From a virus, in IMG/VR virus record IMGVR_UViG_3300037504_000682, positions 35,176-99,175 of that record: DNA of 64,000 nucleotides; one strand, 5' to 3'. A model generated the notes under the pieces. That model ran no database searches, was not told the DNA's origin, and saw only the letters and a program-made list of their open reading frames with translations. Position numbers and translations under genes: made by a program. Positions 19,227-29,227 of this stretch are shown here, piece after piece (position 1 is the first letter of the stretch; each line of letters opens with the position of its first letter).

Positions 19227-19532
19227 ATGGTTAAACCTGCTCACCACGTCGAACCAGAGGTTCTGGTCGAAAATCAAACCCACAAAATCTTTGCCAAAGG
19301 TGGCCGGCTATTCAAGATCGAGTATATCCGGGGCCAGGAGCAGGACCGGCCAGAAGACATTATTTTCTGGATTTGGACCGCGAACGGCTGGCGACTTTTT
19401 GACTCCCTGAAGGGTTGGCCTGATCAAGCTATTTATACCCTGGCCGGCCTGATAGTCGAATTGACCGACCAGGCCATTACCGTCTCAGGTTCTGACCATT
19501 CCGTAGAAATCTACAAGGAGCTTTTGCAATGA
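19227..19532 (+). CDS. Hypothetical protein
   Basis: GGAGGAG RBS before ATG 19227. Confidence 0.6.
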   Translation: MVKPAHHVEPEVLVENQTHKIFAKGGRLFKIEYIRGQEQDRPEDIIFWIWTANGWRLFDSLKGWPDQAIYTLAGLIVELTDQAITVSGSDHSVEIYKELLQ

Positions 19533-20338
19533 TCTGCATTTACCACGCCGATTGCCCGGACGGCTTCGGAGCCGCCTGGGTGGTCAACCGCTGGGCCCGG
19601 CAAAATGAGGTATCGGTCAGGTTCATTCCGGCTGCCTACGGCGACGAACCTCCCGACGTGGCCGGCCAGGAGGTGGTCATCGTCGACTTCTGGTATCCCC
19701 GGGACGTCCTCCTGGAGATACACCGCCAGGCCAAAAGCCTGATCGTCCTGGACCACCACGACGGGGCCAGAGAGGCCCTGGCTGGCCTGGAGTTCGTTCG
19801 GGTCGGCGACCAGGCTGGCTGCATGATGGCCTGGGGCCATTTCTTTTACGGCTGCGAGCCGCCGCTCTTTTTGGAGTACATCCAGGAAGGCGACCTGTAC
19901 CGCTGGAAGCTGGATCACTCCCGGGAAGTCTACGCGGCCATCTGTAGCTACCGCCAGGATTTCAACCTGTGGAGCAAGTGGGAGAGCCGGGGCGCGGTCT
20001 ACCGCCTGGCCGAGGAGGGCCGGGCCATTATGCGGGAGCGAAACAACCAGATCGCCAAGCTCGCAAACGGCCCGGTGGTCCGGGTCGAGATCGGCGGCTA
20101 CAACGTGCCGTGCGTCAACGCGCCCCACTTCCTGGCCAGCGATTTGTGCAATCTGCTGGCCGTAGGTGAGCCGTTTGCCGCCAGCTACTGCGACGAGGCC
20201 AACCACCGCCGCTTCAGCCTGCGGGCCACTGCTGCCAGCGGAGTCCACGTTAACCAGGTGGCCCGGCTCTACGGCGGCGACGGCCACGAGCGGGCGGCGG
20301 GATTTACCATCAAGAAACCTGAAATTTTGGGAGGATAA
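19529..20338 (+). CDS. DHH/DHHA1 phosphoesterase (NrnB-like)
   Basis: IYHADCPDGFGAA, IVDF, LDHH, FSLR, GGDGH..AAGF. Confidence 0.85.
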   Translation: MICIYHADCPDGFGAAWVVNRWARQNEVSVRFIPAAYGDEPPDVAGQEVVIVDFWYPRDVLLEIHRQAKSLIVLDHHDGAREALAGLEFVRVGDQAGCMMAWGHFFYGCEPPLFLEYIQEGDLYRWKLDHSREVYAAICSYRQDFNLWSKWESRGAVYRLAEEGRAIMRERNNQIAKLANGPVVRVEIGGYNVPCVNAPHFLASDLCNLLAVGEPFAASYCDEANHRRFSLRATAASGVHVNQVARLYGGDGHERAAGFTIKKPEILGG

Positions 20339-20452
20339 CGTGACTATTATCGTTGGCGCGATTTGTGGCTTGGTCGGCCTAATCGACGGCTTTGTGGTCG
20401 GCTTTACGGCCGGCTCCGACACGGCCACAGACGAAAACAGGAGAAAGTATCA

Positions 20453-20782
20453 ATGAAACAGGCGATTATGAACCTCGATGACCAAATGGTCATCAAAAAA
20501 CTCAACGAGCTGGGCTTGTATGACCTCTTCCACGAACAGGCCGGCCGGGCCCAGGGGCCGGATCGGGACGTAGTGATGGAGCATCAGGAGGACGATACCA
20601 TTTATTGGTTCGTGCTCCACAAAAACTACACCGATCCCAAAGACAACGGCTACCTGATGATCCACCTCTCTGGCGCTTCAGGCGACCGGGAGGCGGTCGA
20701 GGTCGTCCGGCAGTCCTTTGAAGCTCTGAGCAAAACACCCATCGAACCGCTCTACGTCGATGAGCCGGGCAAGAGAAACTGA
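20453..20782 (+). CDS. Hypothetical protein
   Basis: AGGAG RBS before ATG 20453. Confidence 0.6.
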   Translation: MKQAIMNLDDQMVIKKLNELGLYDLFHEQAGRAQGPDRDVVMEHQEDDTIYWFVLHKNYTDPKDNGYLMIHLSGASGDREAVEVVRQSFEALSKTPIEPLYVDEPGKRN

Positions 20783-20804
20783 AACGTCCGTTCTGTGATA
20801 TAAT
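20782..20804 (+). promoter_or_regulatory. Extended -10 promoter with adjacent SOS-box-like dyad
   Basis: AAAC-GTCC-GTTC then TGaTATAAT. Confidence 0.6.
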
Positions 20805-20825
20805 AAGCGCAACCAGGAGGAAGCT

Positions 20826-21086
20826 ATGGACAATCCCCTTGCCATCAAATGGTCCCCGCTCCAGCGGGCCCAGAACGTAGTGACCAATCTTGAGCAGCGC
20901 GGCCTCCGGATCGACCAGCCTCACCGCAGCGACCTGGTCGCCCTGGTGCTTCACGAGATCACCCAGGCCGAAGAGGAGGCCCGCCGGCAGGAGCGGCGCA
21001 AGATCGCGGCCGAGTGGCTGGTCGAAAGCCTGCCGGCCGACGTACTGCAAATGGCCGCCGAGCGGGTCACCGCTCAGGAGTGGTGA
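20826..21086 (+). CDS. Hypothetical protein
   Basis: AGGAGG RBS, own promoter. Confidence 0.7.
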   Translation: MDNPLAIKWSPLQRAQNVVTNLEQRGLRIDQPHRSDLVALVLHEITQAEEEARRQERRKIAAEWLVESLPADVLQMAAERVTAQEW

Positions 21087-21267
21087 GAAAGGCCTGGGCC
21101 AGTTCGGCCAGCGACCCGGGCCGGATTCCGGCCAGGGTGGCCCGTTCCTGATCGGAGAGGTCGAAGTCCTGGCCGGATCCGGCCGGATCCCCCAGCAGCT
21201 GCCGGCAGAAGGCCGGGTCAACCAGGGCCTGGGCGAATAATTTGGCGAGTTCTCTGCTTGGTTCCAT
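21067..21267 (-). CDS. NHLP-clan (Franean1_4349/Os1348-like) leader-type small protein
   Basis: LFAQALVDPAFCRQLLGDP....FDLSDQERATL. Confidence 0.55.
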   Translation of the reverse strand: MEPSRELAKLFAQALVDPAFCRQLLGDPAGSGQDFDLSDQERATLAGIRPGSLAELAQAFLTTPER

Positions 21268-21296
21268 AGGGCCAGTCTAGCCCCGGCCGGTCACCG

Positions 21297-21680
21297 AAAG
21301 AGGCTCTTTTCTGCCGGCCGGGGCGACAAATCAAAAGGCGTTAAATTCAAAATAGGCCGGCTTATTTTGTGACAGCCACCAAGGAAATTACTGGTCGCTA
21401 AATGCAAGATAAGCCGGCCTTTTTGTGTGGTCGTTCGTCAGAAATTATCAGCCGGTAAACCAGGGATAGCGCCAACTAATTTCTCTGGCCACAGGAGAGA
21501 AATAGTGGCGACTAAAGGCGGGCTTATTTCTCTCTCTTGTCCACACGAATTACCGGAGCCTATTCTGGAAATAGCCCAGTTTATTTTCTCCCGGCCACCC
21601 GAGAAAATAACGGCCATTAATCGCCGGTTAAGCCGCTCTATTTTCTCCCGGGCCGGACGAGAAAAATAAACGTTGCAAAG
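21297..21680. repeat. Array A of ~48-bp degenerate dyad elements (6-7 units)
   Basis: Repeated TA-N8-TA-TTTYTC-N~10-12-GAGAAA-TA-N8-TA. Confidence 0.7.
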
Positions 21681-21715
21681 TCGGAACAAACGTGCTACAC
21701 TACTGTCAGCGGCGG
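21673..21715 (+). promoter_or_regulatory. Putative late promoter 1 (packaging operon)
   Basis: TTGCAA-17 bp-TACACT; closely similar to 43760-43802. Confidence 0.7.
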
Positions 21716-21754
21716 GAGTCCAGTGCGGGCTACCCCGCCGCTTACAATTTTAAA

Positions 21755-21796
21755 GGCCCTCGGACACCCCGTCGCCGTCCGAGGGTCGTTTTTTTT
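21755..21796 (+). terminator. Leader terminator/attenuator
   Basis: CCCTCGGAC...GTCCGAGGG + T8. Confidence 0.7.
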
Positions 21797-21802
21797 GTAC
21801 TT

Positions 21803-22396
21803 ATGCCATCACTCCAGGAAATTGCCGCATTTTTAGCCTTCATCGCCCCGGCCGCCGGGGCTGTCTGGCTTTTGATCAGAGAACGGACCACTCAGCGGCT
21901 CAAGGCTGAAATCGAGGCTCAGAACAAGCGGTTGGAGCTGGAGCTTGAGGAGTCGCGCCAGCGGCTGGAGGAGCGCAACAAGCGACTGGAGGCCGAGCTA
22001 GAGAAGGCCCGCCAGCAGCTCGGGGCCGAGATTGACGCCCAGGCCGACCACCGGGAACACGTCCAGAAGCAGTCCGATCTTGAGACTGCCTACCACCTGG
22101 CCGAGGGAGCGGCAGCCCAGCAGGTTATGGCTGAGTTGGTGGCCAACTCCCAGGATAAGCTCGACGACGCCTACGGCTTCATCAGGTCGGACATCAAGGC
22201 CGACCTGGAGCAACTTCAAACGCTCGTTGACGAAATACAGAAACAGCTCTTGTCCTATTACCCGAAGATCGACGAGGTCCCCTCGATCAAATACGAACTC
22301 AGAAACTTCTCCACCCAGTCCCGTCTCCTGGTCAACCTCATTAGAGAGATTTACGAAAAATTATTCAAGGAGCAGTCGGATGAAAAACTGGACTAA
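21803..22396 (+). CDS. Membrane-anchored coiled-coil protein
   Basis: N-terminal TM then heptad-rich helix. Confidence 0.7.
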   Translation: MPSLQEIAAFLAFIAPAAGAVWLLIRERTTQRLKAEIEAQNKRLELELEESRQRLEERNKRLEAELEKARQQLGAEIDAQADHREHVQKQSDLETAYHLAEGAAAQQVMAELVANSQDKLDDAYGFIRSDIKADLEQLQTLVDEIQKQLLSYYPKIDEVPSIKYELRNFSTQSRLLVNLIREIYEKLFKEQSDEKLD

Positions 22397-22934
22397 TCGG
22401 CTGGTCGGGCCAGCAGGAACCGTTTTGATCACTATTGGATATTGCTACCTGTCCACCCTGTGGCCAGACATTATCCCCAGCACTGCCGCTATCCTTTTTC
22501 CGGTTGTCGCCGTCGCCGCTTTTATTAGTGGCTTGCGGGCCGGGCTGGTCGCCGCCCTGTGGACCGGAGCTTACAGCGCCTGGCAGCTGTGGCCGGCCGA
22601 TATTCCCCGGGCGGTGGTCGTTACCGCCAGCGCGGTCGCCCTGGCGGTTGTGGTTGGCGTGCTCAAGCGGCGCTCCCGGCTATCAGACCTGGCTCGCCGC
22701 AAGGCGACCGCGTTCGACGAGGTCAACGGCAATATCCTGCGAATAGGACAGATGCAATCCCGGCTCTTTGAGCTGCTCTCCGGCTGGCGGCACATCCCCG
22801 ATAAAGAAAAGTATCGCCAGGTCGAGATCGTTTACGGAGGCCTGGTTACCCTGGCTACGATGACCGCCGGCTGGCACCAGCTGGCCCGGGAAAAGAAGGA
22901 AGTTCAATCCGGAGGTCCGACAAAGGAGCACTAA
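22380..22934 (+). CDS. Multi-TM membrane protein (DUF4118-like pattern)
   Basis: VVAVAAFISGLRAGLVAALW; about 4 TM segments. Confidence 0.6.
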   Translation: MKNWTNRLVGPAGTVLITIGYCYLSTLWPDIIPSTAAILFPVVAVAAFISGLRAGLVAALWTGAYSAWQLWPADIPRAVVVTASAVALAVVVGVLKRRSRLSDLARRKATAFDEVNGNILRIGQMQSRLFELLSGWRHIPDKEKYRQVEIVYGGLVTLATMTAGWHQLAREKKEVQSGGPTKEH

Positions 22935-23104
22935 GTGGGCGAACGGCTCAACATCCGCCACTCCGGGGTGGGGATGAGGCCGGACCACTCCGGGGTGGCC
23001 CTGGTCTTTCAGCTGTTTCGGCCGGGAATCAAAACCATCGGCGAGCGGCTGGCCGCCCTCGAAGCCGGGGGATAATTTATCTTTGAGCTTTCCAGGGGGA
23101 AGCG

Positions 23105-23767
23105 ATGGCAGTTGAATTAGTTTACGGCGAGCGCAAAGAGCGCGAGACCAAAAAGGCGATCCTGGCCTGCAACGACTACTTGCGGATGGGACCCGGCCGG
23201 AGCTTACAGAAGCTACACGACCGTTACCAGGCCGTATCCGAACCGTTACCACCAACCAGGCGAATTACCACCTTAAAGCGTTGGTCAAAGGATTTTGAAT
23301 GGCAAAAACGGGCCGCTGATTACGAAGCCTATCTTGACCATCAAAAGACCGAAATGGCCGAGCGACGCCGGCGGCAGGCGATGGAGCAGGGCCTAGCCCT
23401 CGACTACGAGCGGGTCACCGTCCTGAAAAACCTGACCTCTCTGCTTCTGGGCGAGATGCTCAAAAAAGACCCGGCTACCGGCAAGTTGATCAACATCTGG
23501 CTCCAGGACGCCAAGCAGATCGGCTCCGGAATTGACGCCGAACGGGTCGACATCGAACACTTCAACGCCGCCATCATTCGGGAGCTGCGCGGCCTGCTGG
23601 ACGACCTGGCCAAAGAGACCGGCGGACGCAAGGAGAAACACGAATTCAGCGGACCGGGCGGCGGGCCGATCAAGACCGAAGACACCACGATGGACGACGA
23701 TGGTCGGGCCCGGCGGATCGTGGAACTACTGACCAAGGTCAAAGGGCGCGTGAGCGACGATGATTGA
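23105..23767 (+). CDS. terS: Terminase small subunit (putative)
   Basis: Directly upstream of TerL; TLKRWS...W..RA and HEFSGPGGGPI tail. Confidence 0.7.
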   Translation: MAVELVYGERKERETKKAILACNDYLRMGPGRSLQKLHDRYQAVSEPLPPTRRITTLKRWSKDFEWQKRAADYEAYLDHQKTEMAERRRRQAMEQGLALDYERVTVLKNLTSLLLGEMLKKDPATGKLINIWLQDAKQIGSGIDAERVDIEHFNAAIIRELRGLLDDLAKETGGRKEKHEFSGPGGGPIKTEDTTMDDDGRARRIVELLTKVKGRVSDDD

Positions 23768-25319
23768 CGAGTGGGAGGTCAGTCAGCTTCAGCAGCATAT
23801 GACCGGCCGGGAGCGGGCCTACCTGGAGGCCTTGCTTTCTGACGAGTTCATTTCGCTCTCGCAATACATCCAGGCCGCCTGGCCCGTGGTCGAGCCGGCC
23901 ACCGACTTCATCTCCAACTGGCATATCGACGCCATCAGCGACCACCTGGAGGCGGTCACCTGGGGCTGGATCAAAAACCTGATCATCAACATCCCCCCGC
24001 GCCATATGAAATCCCTGACCGTCTCTGTCTTCTGGCCGACCTGGGCCTGGACCTGGCGGCCGGAGCTGCGCTGGCTCTTTGCCTCCTACGCCGAGAAGCT
24101 GGCCATCCGGGATAACGTCAAGAGCCGGCGAGTGATCAAATCGCCCTGGTATCAGGCCCGCTGGGGCCACGTCTTTCGGCTGACCGGCGACCAGAACGAG
24201 AAGATGCGCTTTGAGAACGACCGCTCCGGCTACCGGATCGCCACCAGCGTAGGCGGCAGCGCCACCGGCGAGGGCGGCGACATCATCGTGGTCGACGACC
24301 CCCACAAGATGAAGGAGGTCGAGAGCGACCTGATCCGGGAGGGGGTCCTGGACTGGTGGGATGAGACGATGAGCACCCGCCTCAACGACCCCAAGAGCGG
24401 CAATAAGGTGATCCTGATGCAGCGGGGTCACGAACAGGACCTGACCGGCCACGTCCTGGAAAAGATGGAGCAAGGGGGCGAAAGCTACGAGCACCTGTGC
24501 CTGCCGGCCGAGTATGAGCCGACCACCTATGTGACGGCCATCGGCTTTGAAGACCCCCGCACTGAGCCGGGCGAGCTCTTGTGGCCGGATCACTTCGACC
24601 AGGAGGCCATCGACAACCTGAAGATTTCGCTTGGCTCCCGGGCGTCTGCCGCCCAGCTCCAGCAGCGGCCCAGCCCGGCCGAGGGCGACATCTTTAAGAA
24701 AAAATGGTGGCGCTTCTGGATTCCGCCCGGCTCCAACCTGCCGCCTTACCGGATCAAGCTGCCGGACGGCTCTCTCTTTGAGTGCGAGCAAAGGGAGTTG
24801 CCGGCGTTTTTCACCGAGCAGCTCCAGAGCTGGGATATGGCCTTCAAGGACACCAAGTCCAGCGCCTTTGTGGCCGGCCAGGTCTGGGCCCGGCTGGGGG
24901 CCGACAAGTTCCTGCTCGACCAAGAGCGAGATCGGTGGGACTTCCCGGCCACCCTGGCCGCCGTCCGCCGGGTGACCACCCGCCACCCGGCCGCTCACGC
25001 CAAGCTGGTCGAGGATAAGGCCAACGGGCCGGCCGTGATCCAGACCCTGCGCAGCAGTGTCGCCGGCCTAATCGCGGTCAATCCGGAGGGGGACAAAGTC
25101 TCCAGGGCCAACGCCGTGACCCCAGACATCGAGGCCGGCAACGTCTACCTACCCCACCCGGCCATCGCGCCCTGGGTCGACGGCCTGATCGACGAGTGCG
25201 CCTCTTTTCCTAACGGCGCTTTCAGCGACCAGGTCGACACCCTGAGCCAGGGGCTGGTCCGGCTGAAGAAAAACGAGCAGCGGGATCAGAAAAGCAGGCC
25301 CCGCTCCCACAGTTTGTAA
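23760..25319 (+). CDS. terL: Terminase large subunit
   Basis: INIPPRHMKS, VVDDPH, MQRGH, SWDMAFK, EDKANG, FPNG..DQVD. Confidence 0.95.
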   Translation: MIDEWEVSQLQQHMTGRERAYLEALLSDEFISLSQYIQAAWPVVEPATDFISNWHIDAISDHLEAVTWGWIKNLIINIPPRHMKSLTVSVFWPTWAWTWRPELRWLFASYAEKLAIRDNVKSRRVIKSPWYQARWGHVFRLTGDQNEKMRFENDRSGYRIATSVGGSATGEGGDIIVVDDPHKMKEVESDLIREGVLDWWDETMSTRLNDPKSGNKVILMQRGHEQDLTGHVLEKMEQGGESYEHLCLPAEYEPTTYVTAIGFEDPRTEPGELLWPDHFDQEAIDNLKISLGSRASAAQLQQRPSPAEGDIFKKKWWRFWIPPGSNLPPYRIKLPDGSLFECEQRELPAFFTEQLQSWDMAFKDTKSSAFVAGQVWARLGADKFLLDQERDRWDFPATLAAVRRVTTRHPAAHAKLVEDKANGPAVIQTLRSSVAGLIAVNPEGDKVSRANAVTPDIEAGNVYLPHPAIAPWVDGLIDECASFPNGAFSDQVDTLSQGLVRLKKNEQRDQKSRPRSHSL

Positions 25320-25326
25320 CGGACGT

Positions 25327-25536
25327 TTGAAAATGACCGACACACCCCAGGACATCGAAGCCGCGCAGCGCCGCATCCGGGAGCTGGAGGCCGCTCTTGA
25401 CCGGGAGGCCCGCTGGGCCGAGTTGTACCACGACCGCTGGCTTTTGTCCCACGACCGTGGGAACCATAGCATCGACTGGCAGGCGACCAACGACTACCGT
25501 CACCTGATCGGAGGAGAGAATGGCTACATTCGATGA
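25327..25536 (+). CDS. Hypothetical protein
   Basis: Small ORF between terL and portal. Confidence 0.5.
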   Translation: MKMTDTPQDIEAAQRRIRELEAALDREARWAELYHDRWLLSHDRGNHSIDWQATNDYRHLIGGENGYIR

Positions 25537-27106
25537 ACTGACCCTCAAGGACGCCGAGGAGCGTATTCCGGACCGGGGCGAGGATTGGCTAAAGGCCAAC
25601 CGGGCCTACTACCACGGCGACCACTGGCAGGATGGCGACGGCTGGTCCGGCCCGATGCTGGATATGAAACATAAGCTATATAGCCAGATGCTGCTCGAAA
25701 TCCAGCGAGCCTTCGTCTCCAAAAACACCATCGCCGAGGTGGCCGAGAGGCATAGCGCCGGGGTGATCGGCCGGGAGCCGCGCTGGCGGCTGACCGTCCG
25801 CCGGCCGCTGGCCGACGGCGAGGAGCCCACGGCCCAGGAGCAGACCTTGATCGACGAGGCCGAGATGCTGCTTAACGGCTGGTGGGAGGATCGGGGCTGC
25901 CATAAGGTGCTCAGGGAAGCGGCCGAGACGATGCTCCTGGCCAAGCGGGGCTCTCTCAGGCTCTTTGTGCCGCCGGGGCTCCTGGTCGACGGCTTGGTGC
26001 CCCGGGAGCCGGTCGAGGAGGCTATAGGCCGCATCTACCTGCACCATCCGGAGCCGGAGCAGGCGGCCGTGCCCCGGGACCGAAACACGATGCAGGACAT
26101 CGGCATCTACCTCTTTGAGCGCAACAATCAAAAGCTGGCCGAGCTGATCTACCTGGATGGCGACTGGACGGTGATCCGGCTGGCCGAAGCGACCAGCGAC
26201 GAAGGCGAGGAAGAAGAGCAGCCCGAGCCCTGGCGCTTCAACCTGGGTGGCCGGCTGACGATGTTTGAGATGAATCGCCGGCTGCTTATTACCGAGCAGG
26301 TCCGGCAAAACCAGAAGCTGCTTAACCTGGCGCTCACGATGCTTCAGCGCAACGTGATCCAGGGCGGCTTTCTGGAACGCACGTTTTTTAATGCCCAGCT
26401 GCCCGGCAAAGATATACCCGATCCGGACCGGCCGGGGGAAACCAAGTTCGTACCGGAGCCCCTGCACGTCGGGCCCGGGGCTACGAACTTCCTCTCCGGC
26501 GTGGTGACCGAAGACGATCAGGGTAACACAGTGGTGGCAACTCCTTCGGTGGTCTACCGGAACCCGGTGCCGGTAGAAACCTTTGCCGAGACCAAGCGGG
26601 AGGCCTACAGCTGCATCCTGGAGGAGGTTGACCAGCTGCACGTCCTGATCACCGGCGACGCCACGGCCAGCGGTGAGAGCCGCAAACAGGCCCAGACCGA
26701 CTTCCGGCAGTCCCTGCTGGACAGCAAGGATCAACTGGAGAAGGCCACCGCTTGGCTCCTGGAGACGGTACTGGCGATGGCGGCCGAATTCTCCGGCCAG
26801 GCCGGCCGGTACGAGGAGCTCCGGGTTGACGCCGAGTGCCGGGTCGACCTGGGTCCCATCTCGGGCGACGAGCAGCGGGTGGCCAGGGAGCTGGTCGAGG
26901 CTCAGATCATCTCGAAGCGAACGGCAATGAGCCGGGTGGGGGTGGACGACGCCGACGCCGAGGCCGGCCAGATCGCTACCGAGCAGGAGGAGAGCAGCCA
27001 AAGGCAGCAGCAGAGCCTGGCCACGGCCGTACTGAACGCCCAGCGGCAGCTGGCCGGCGGGCAGCAGTCGACCGGCCTGGAGCAGCCGGAGGGAGAGGAG
27101 GAGTAG
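25520..27106 (+). CDS. Portal protein
   Basis: 528 aa after terL; AYYHGDH, ASGES, IISKRTAM patterns of SPP1 gp6-like portals. Confidence 0.8.
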   Translation: MATFDELTLKDAEERIPDRGEDWLKANRAYYHGDHWQDGDGWSGPMLDMKHKLYSQMLLEIQRAFVSKNTIAEVAERHSAGVIGREPRWRLTVRRPLADGEEPTAQEQTLIDEAEMLLNGWWEDRGCHKVLREAAETMLLAKRGSLRLFVPPGLLVDGLVPREPVEEAIGRIYLHHPEPEQAAVPRDRNTMQDIGIYLFERNNQKLAELIYLDGDWTVIRLAEATSDEGEEEEQPEPWRFNLGGRLTMFEMNRRLLITEQVRQNQKLLNLALTMLQRNVIQGGFLERTFFNAQLPGKDIPDPDRPGETKFVPEPLHVGPGATNFLSGVVTEDDQGNTVVATPSVVYRNPVPVETFAETKREAYSCILEEVDQLHVLITGDATASGESRKQAQTDFRQSLLDSKDQLEKATAWLLETVLAMAAEFSGQAGRYEELRVDAECRVDLGPISGDEQRVARELVEAQIISKRTAMSRVGVDDADAEAGQIATEQEESSQRQQQSLATAVLNAQRQLAGGQQSTGLEQPEGEEE

Positions 27107-27514
27107 GATGACTTCATACACGGACCGGTATCCAAAGAGATGGGAGGACCGACCGGAGGGGCGGCAGACAAACATTTTCTTGTGTCCGTTTTGCCAGAGG
27201 GAGCGGTGTGATTGTTTAGAAACGATGATATACCCTGCACGAGATTGGCCCGGCAAGGGGACCGATGCAAAAATCAACATCACCACCAGAGAAGATACCG
27301 GCAGCGCGAGTACAACATCAGGAAGGTGAAAGGGGTGCTATGCGGAAAGTCTCGACCGTTCCGGTCCGGAAGGTGGGCCGGTTTGAGCAGGTTGGCGGGC
27401 CGAGGGAGGAATGATGAACATCTGGCTGATTGATCTCATCTGGCGGATGAAGCGCAGCCGGGAGCGGCGATATGATCACTCCTGGACCGAGCTAATAAAA
27501 CTCACAAGGAGAGT

Positions 27515-28294
27515 TTGGCCGTGAAATACATTTTAGATGGCAGGTTTTGGGTGAGCTGGCAAAACCTGAATAGAAAGTTCGACCGGCTCGGAAATCGGAT
27601 CAAGCAAGGCTCCGGCTTCTGGCACGGCCGGGCCTGGATACACAAGTCTGAGGGTAGATTTTCTGCCAAGGTTGAGTGGAACTTCAAATCTAGCTTTTGT
27701 TTCATCGGCCTATCGGTTGGTGGCGACGAGAACGACCTTGGGTTCCATGTCGCCCTGCCGCCGGTGGCCATTTGGGTGAGTGTCGCCGGCATTGTGCCGC
27801 GACGCTGGGTCAAAAACCTCGATTGGTGGTATCGACCCTGGCCGAAAGAGGTCGACCTCACCGTTTACGCCGGCAGCCTGTGGTGGAAACTGTGGCGCAG
27901 CGAAAGCGACTGGATGGACGACGCCACTGGCTGGGAAGGCAACTTCAACTTCGTTGATTTCTTTTTGGGCCGGGATAAATGCCGCCACGAGACGCTTTAC
28001 GAGATCGACGAGATGGAGGTCCGGCTCAAAGACGGCGATTATCCGGTCTCGATCCGTATTTTCCGCAGCTACTGGGACCGGCCACGCTGGCTCACCCGCT
28101 CCATTGTTCGGGCCACGGTTACATCCCTGGACGAAAGCGGCGTTCCCACTGGTGACGAAAAGTTCGGAAGCGACAACAACACCATCTCCTCCACCTTCCC
28201 GGCTTCAACCATCCGGGAGGCGGTCGAGAAATTCTGCGAAGACATCGAGATCGCCCGGCAGAGATATGGGTATTACCGGAGGGTGGGCTCGTGA
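27515..28294 (+). CDS. Hypothetical Trp-rich protein
   Basis: 259 aa, AAGGAG RBS. Confidence 0.65.
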   Translation: MAVKYILDGRFWVSWQNLNRKFDRLGNRIKQGSGFWHGRAWIHKSEGRFSAKVEWNFKSSFCFIGLSVGGDENDLGFHVALPPVAIWVSVAGIVPRRWVKNLDWWYRPWPKEVDLTVYAGSLWWKLWRSESDWMDDATGWEGNFNFVDFFLGRDKCRHETLYEIDEMEVRLKDGDYPVSIRIFRSYWDRPRWLTRSIVRATVTSLDESGVPTGDEKFGSDNNTISSTFPASTIREAVEKFCEDIEIARQRYGYYRRVGS

Positions 28295-28650
28295 AGCGAA
28301 ACCGTAGAGCCGAAGCCAAAAAGAAAGCCCGCCAGCAGGCCCGCCGCAAGGAGGTCGAGGCCCTGCTTATGGCGATGGGCCAGGCGGCCGTAGAGGTTCT
28401 GGTCACCCACTTCGACTTCACCGAGGCCCAGGCCGTACACTTCCTGAAGTTCGTCCGGCAGCGACTGCCCGACATTCGCCCTGTCCGGCCGGTGCTGAGC
28501 CACCTCGACCGGTTGGAGACCACGGCCCAGCGCTTTGGGGTGGCCGGGATGCAGGTCTTGACCGGCATCTACGGCCTGGAGCAGGCTCAGGCCGATGACT
28601 GGTTGCAAAGAATGGTCGAGGCCGGCCGGCAGATGGACAAGGCGGCGTGA
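28291..28650 (+). CDS. Hypothetical protein
   Basis: Coupled ORF. Confidence 0.6.
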   Translation: MKRNRRAEAKKKARQQARRKEVEALLMAMGQAAVEVLVTHFDFTEAQAVHFLKFVRQRLPDIRPVRPVLSHLDRLETTAQRFGVAGMQVLTGIYGLEQAQADDWLQRMVEAGRQMDKAA

Positions 28651-29060
28651 TGAAAACCGTCCCCGAGTGGGTTATCGACTGTATCACCGAATGGAAATCC
28701 ACCCTCCTGCTCCAGGAGTGGACTTTCGAGACCAGTTTGAGCCCCCACCCCGGCGGTGACGGATCCGGCCATACCAGCGCCCATATTACCCTGTGGCCGG
28801 ACATCCGCCGGGCCCAGCTGGAGATCAGAGACGACATCCCCGATGAATCAACCCGCGAGTGGCGAAAGACCATCATCCACGAGCTGGTTCACGTCCGACT
28901 GGCCGGGATCACAGAGCTGGTCAACCAGGAGCTGATCCCCGAACTGCCCGGCAACGCCCAGGAGATTGCGGCGGCCGTGTTTCGCCGTGAGGTCGAGCCG
29001 GTGGTTGAACTGCTGGCCGGTATTCTGTTGGAGCTATCCGGTGATCCAAACAACGACTGA
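28647..29060 (+). CDS. HExxH metallopeptidase-like protein
   Basis: TIIHELVH. Confidence 0.6.
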   Translation: MMKTVPEWVIDCITEWKSTLLLQEWTFETSLSPHPGGDGSGHTSAHITLWPDIRRAQLEIRDDIPDESTREWRKTIIHELVHVRLAGITELVNQELIPELPGNAQEIAAAVFRREVEPVVELLAGILLELSGDPNND

Positions 29061-29227
29061 CGGCCGTGAAATCCGAATAGCCAACCACTGCCCCTACTGC
29101 CAGCTTGATTCCGGCGGCCGGCATGCCCCCGACTGCCCCCTCCTCCGGCCGGCCTGGACAAACTCTCCCCCTGCTCCACCCCCGCCCTCTACATTATTAA
29201 ACGCACGTTTGGAATTCAAGGCCGACA

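Noticed and set aside
21427-21689. ORFs over dyad array A on both strands
   Set aside because: No RBS, atypical composition; the repeat grammar explains the region better
12258-27286. Long minus-strand ORFs (12258-13436, 16860-18257, 23739-24998, 25676-27286)
   Set aside because: Shadows of well-supported plus-strand genes
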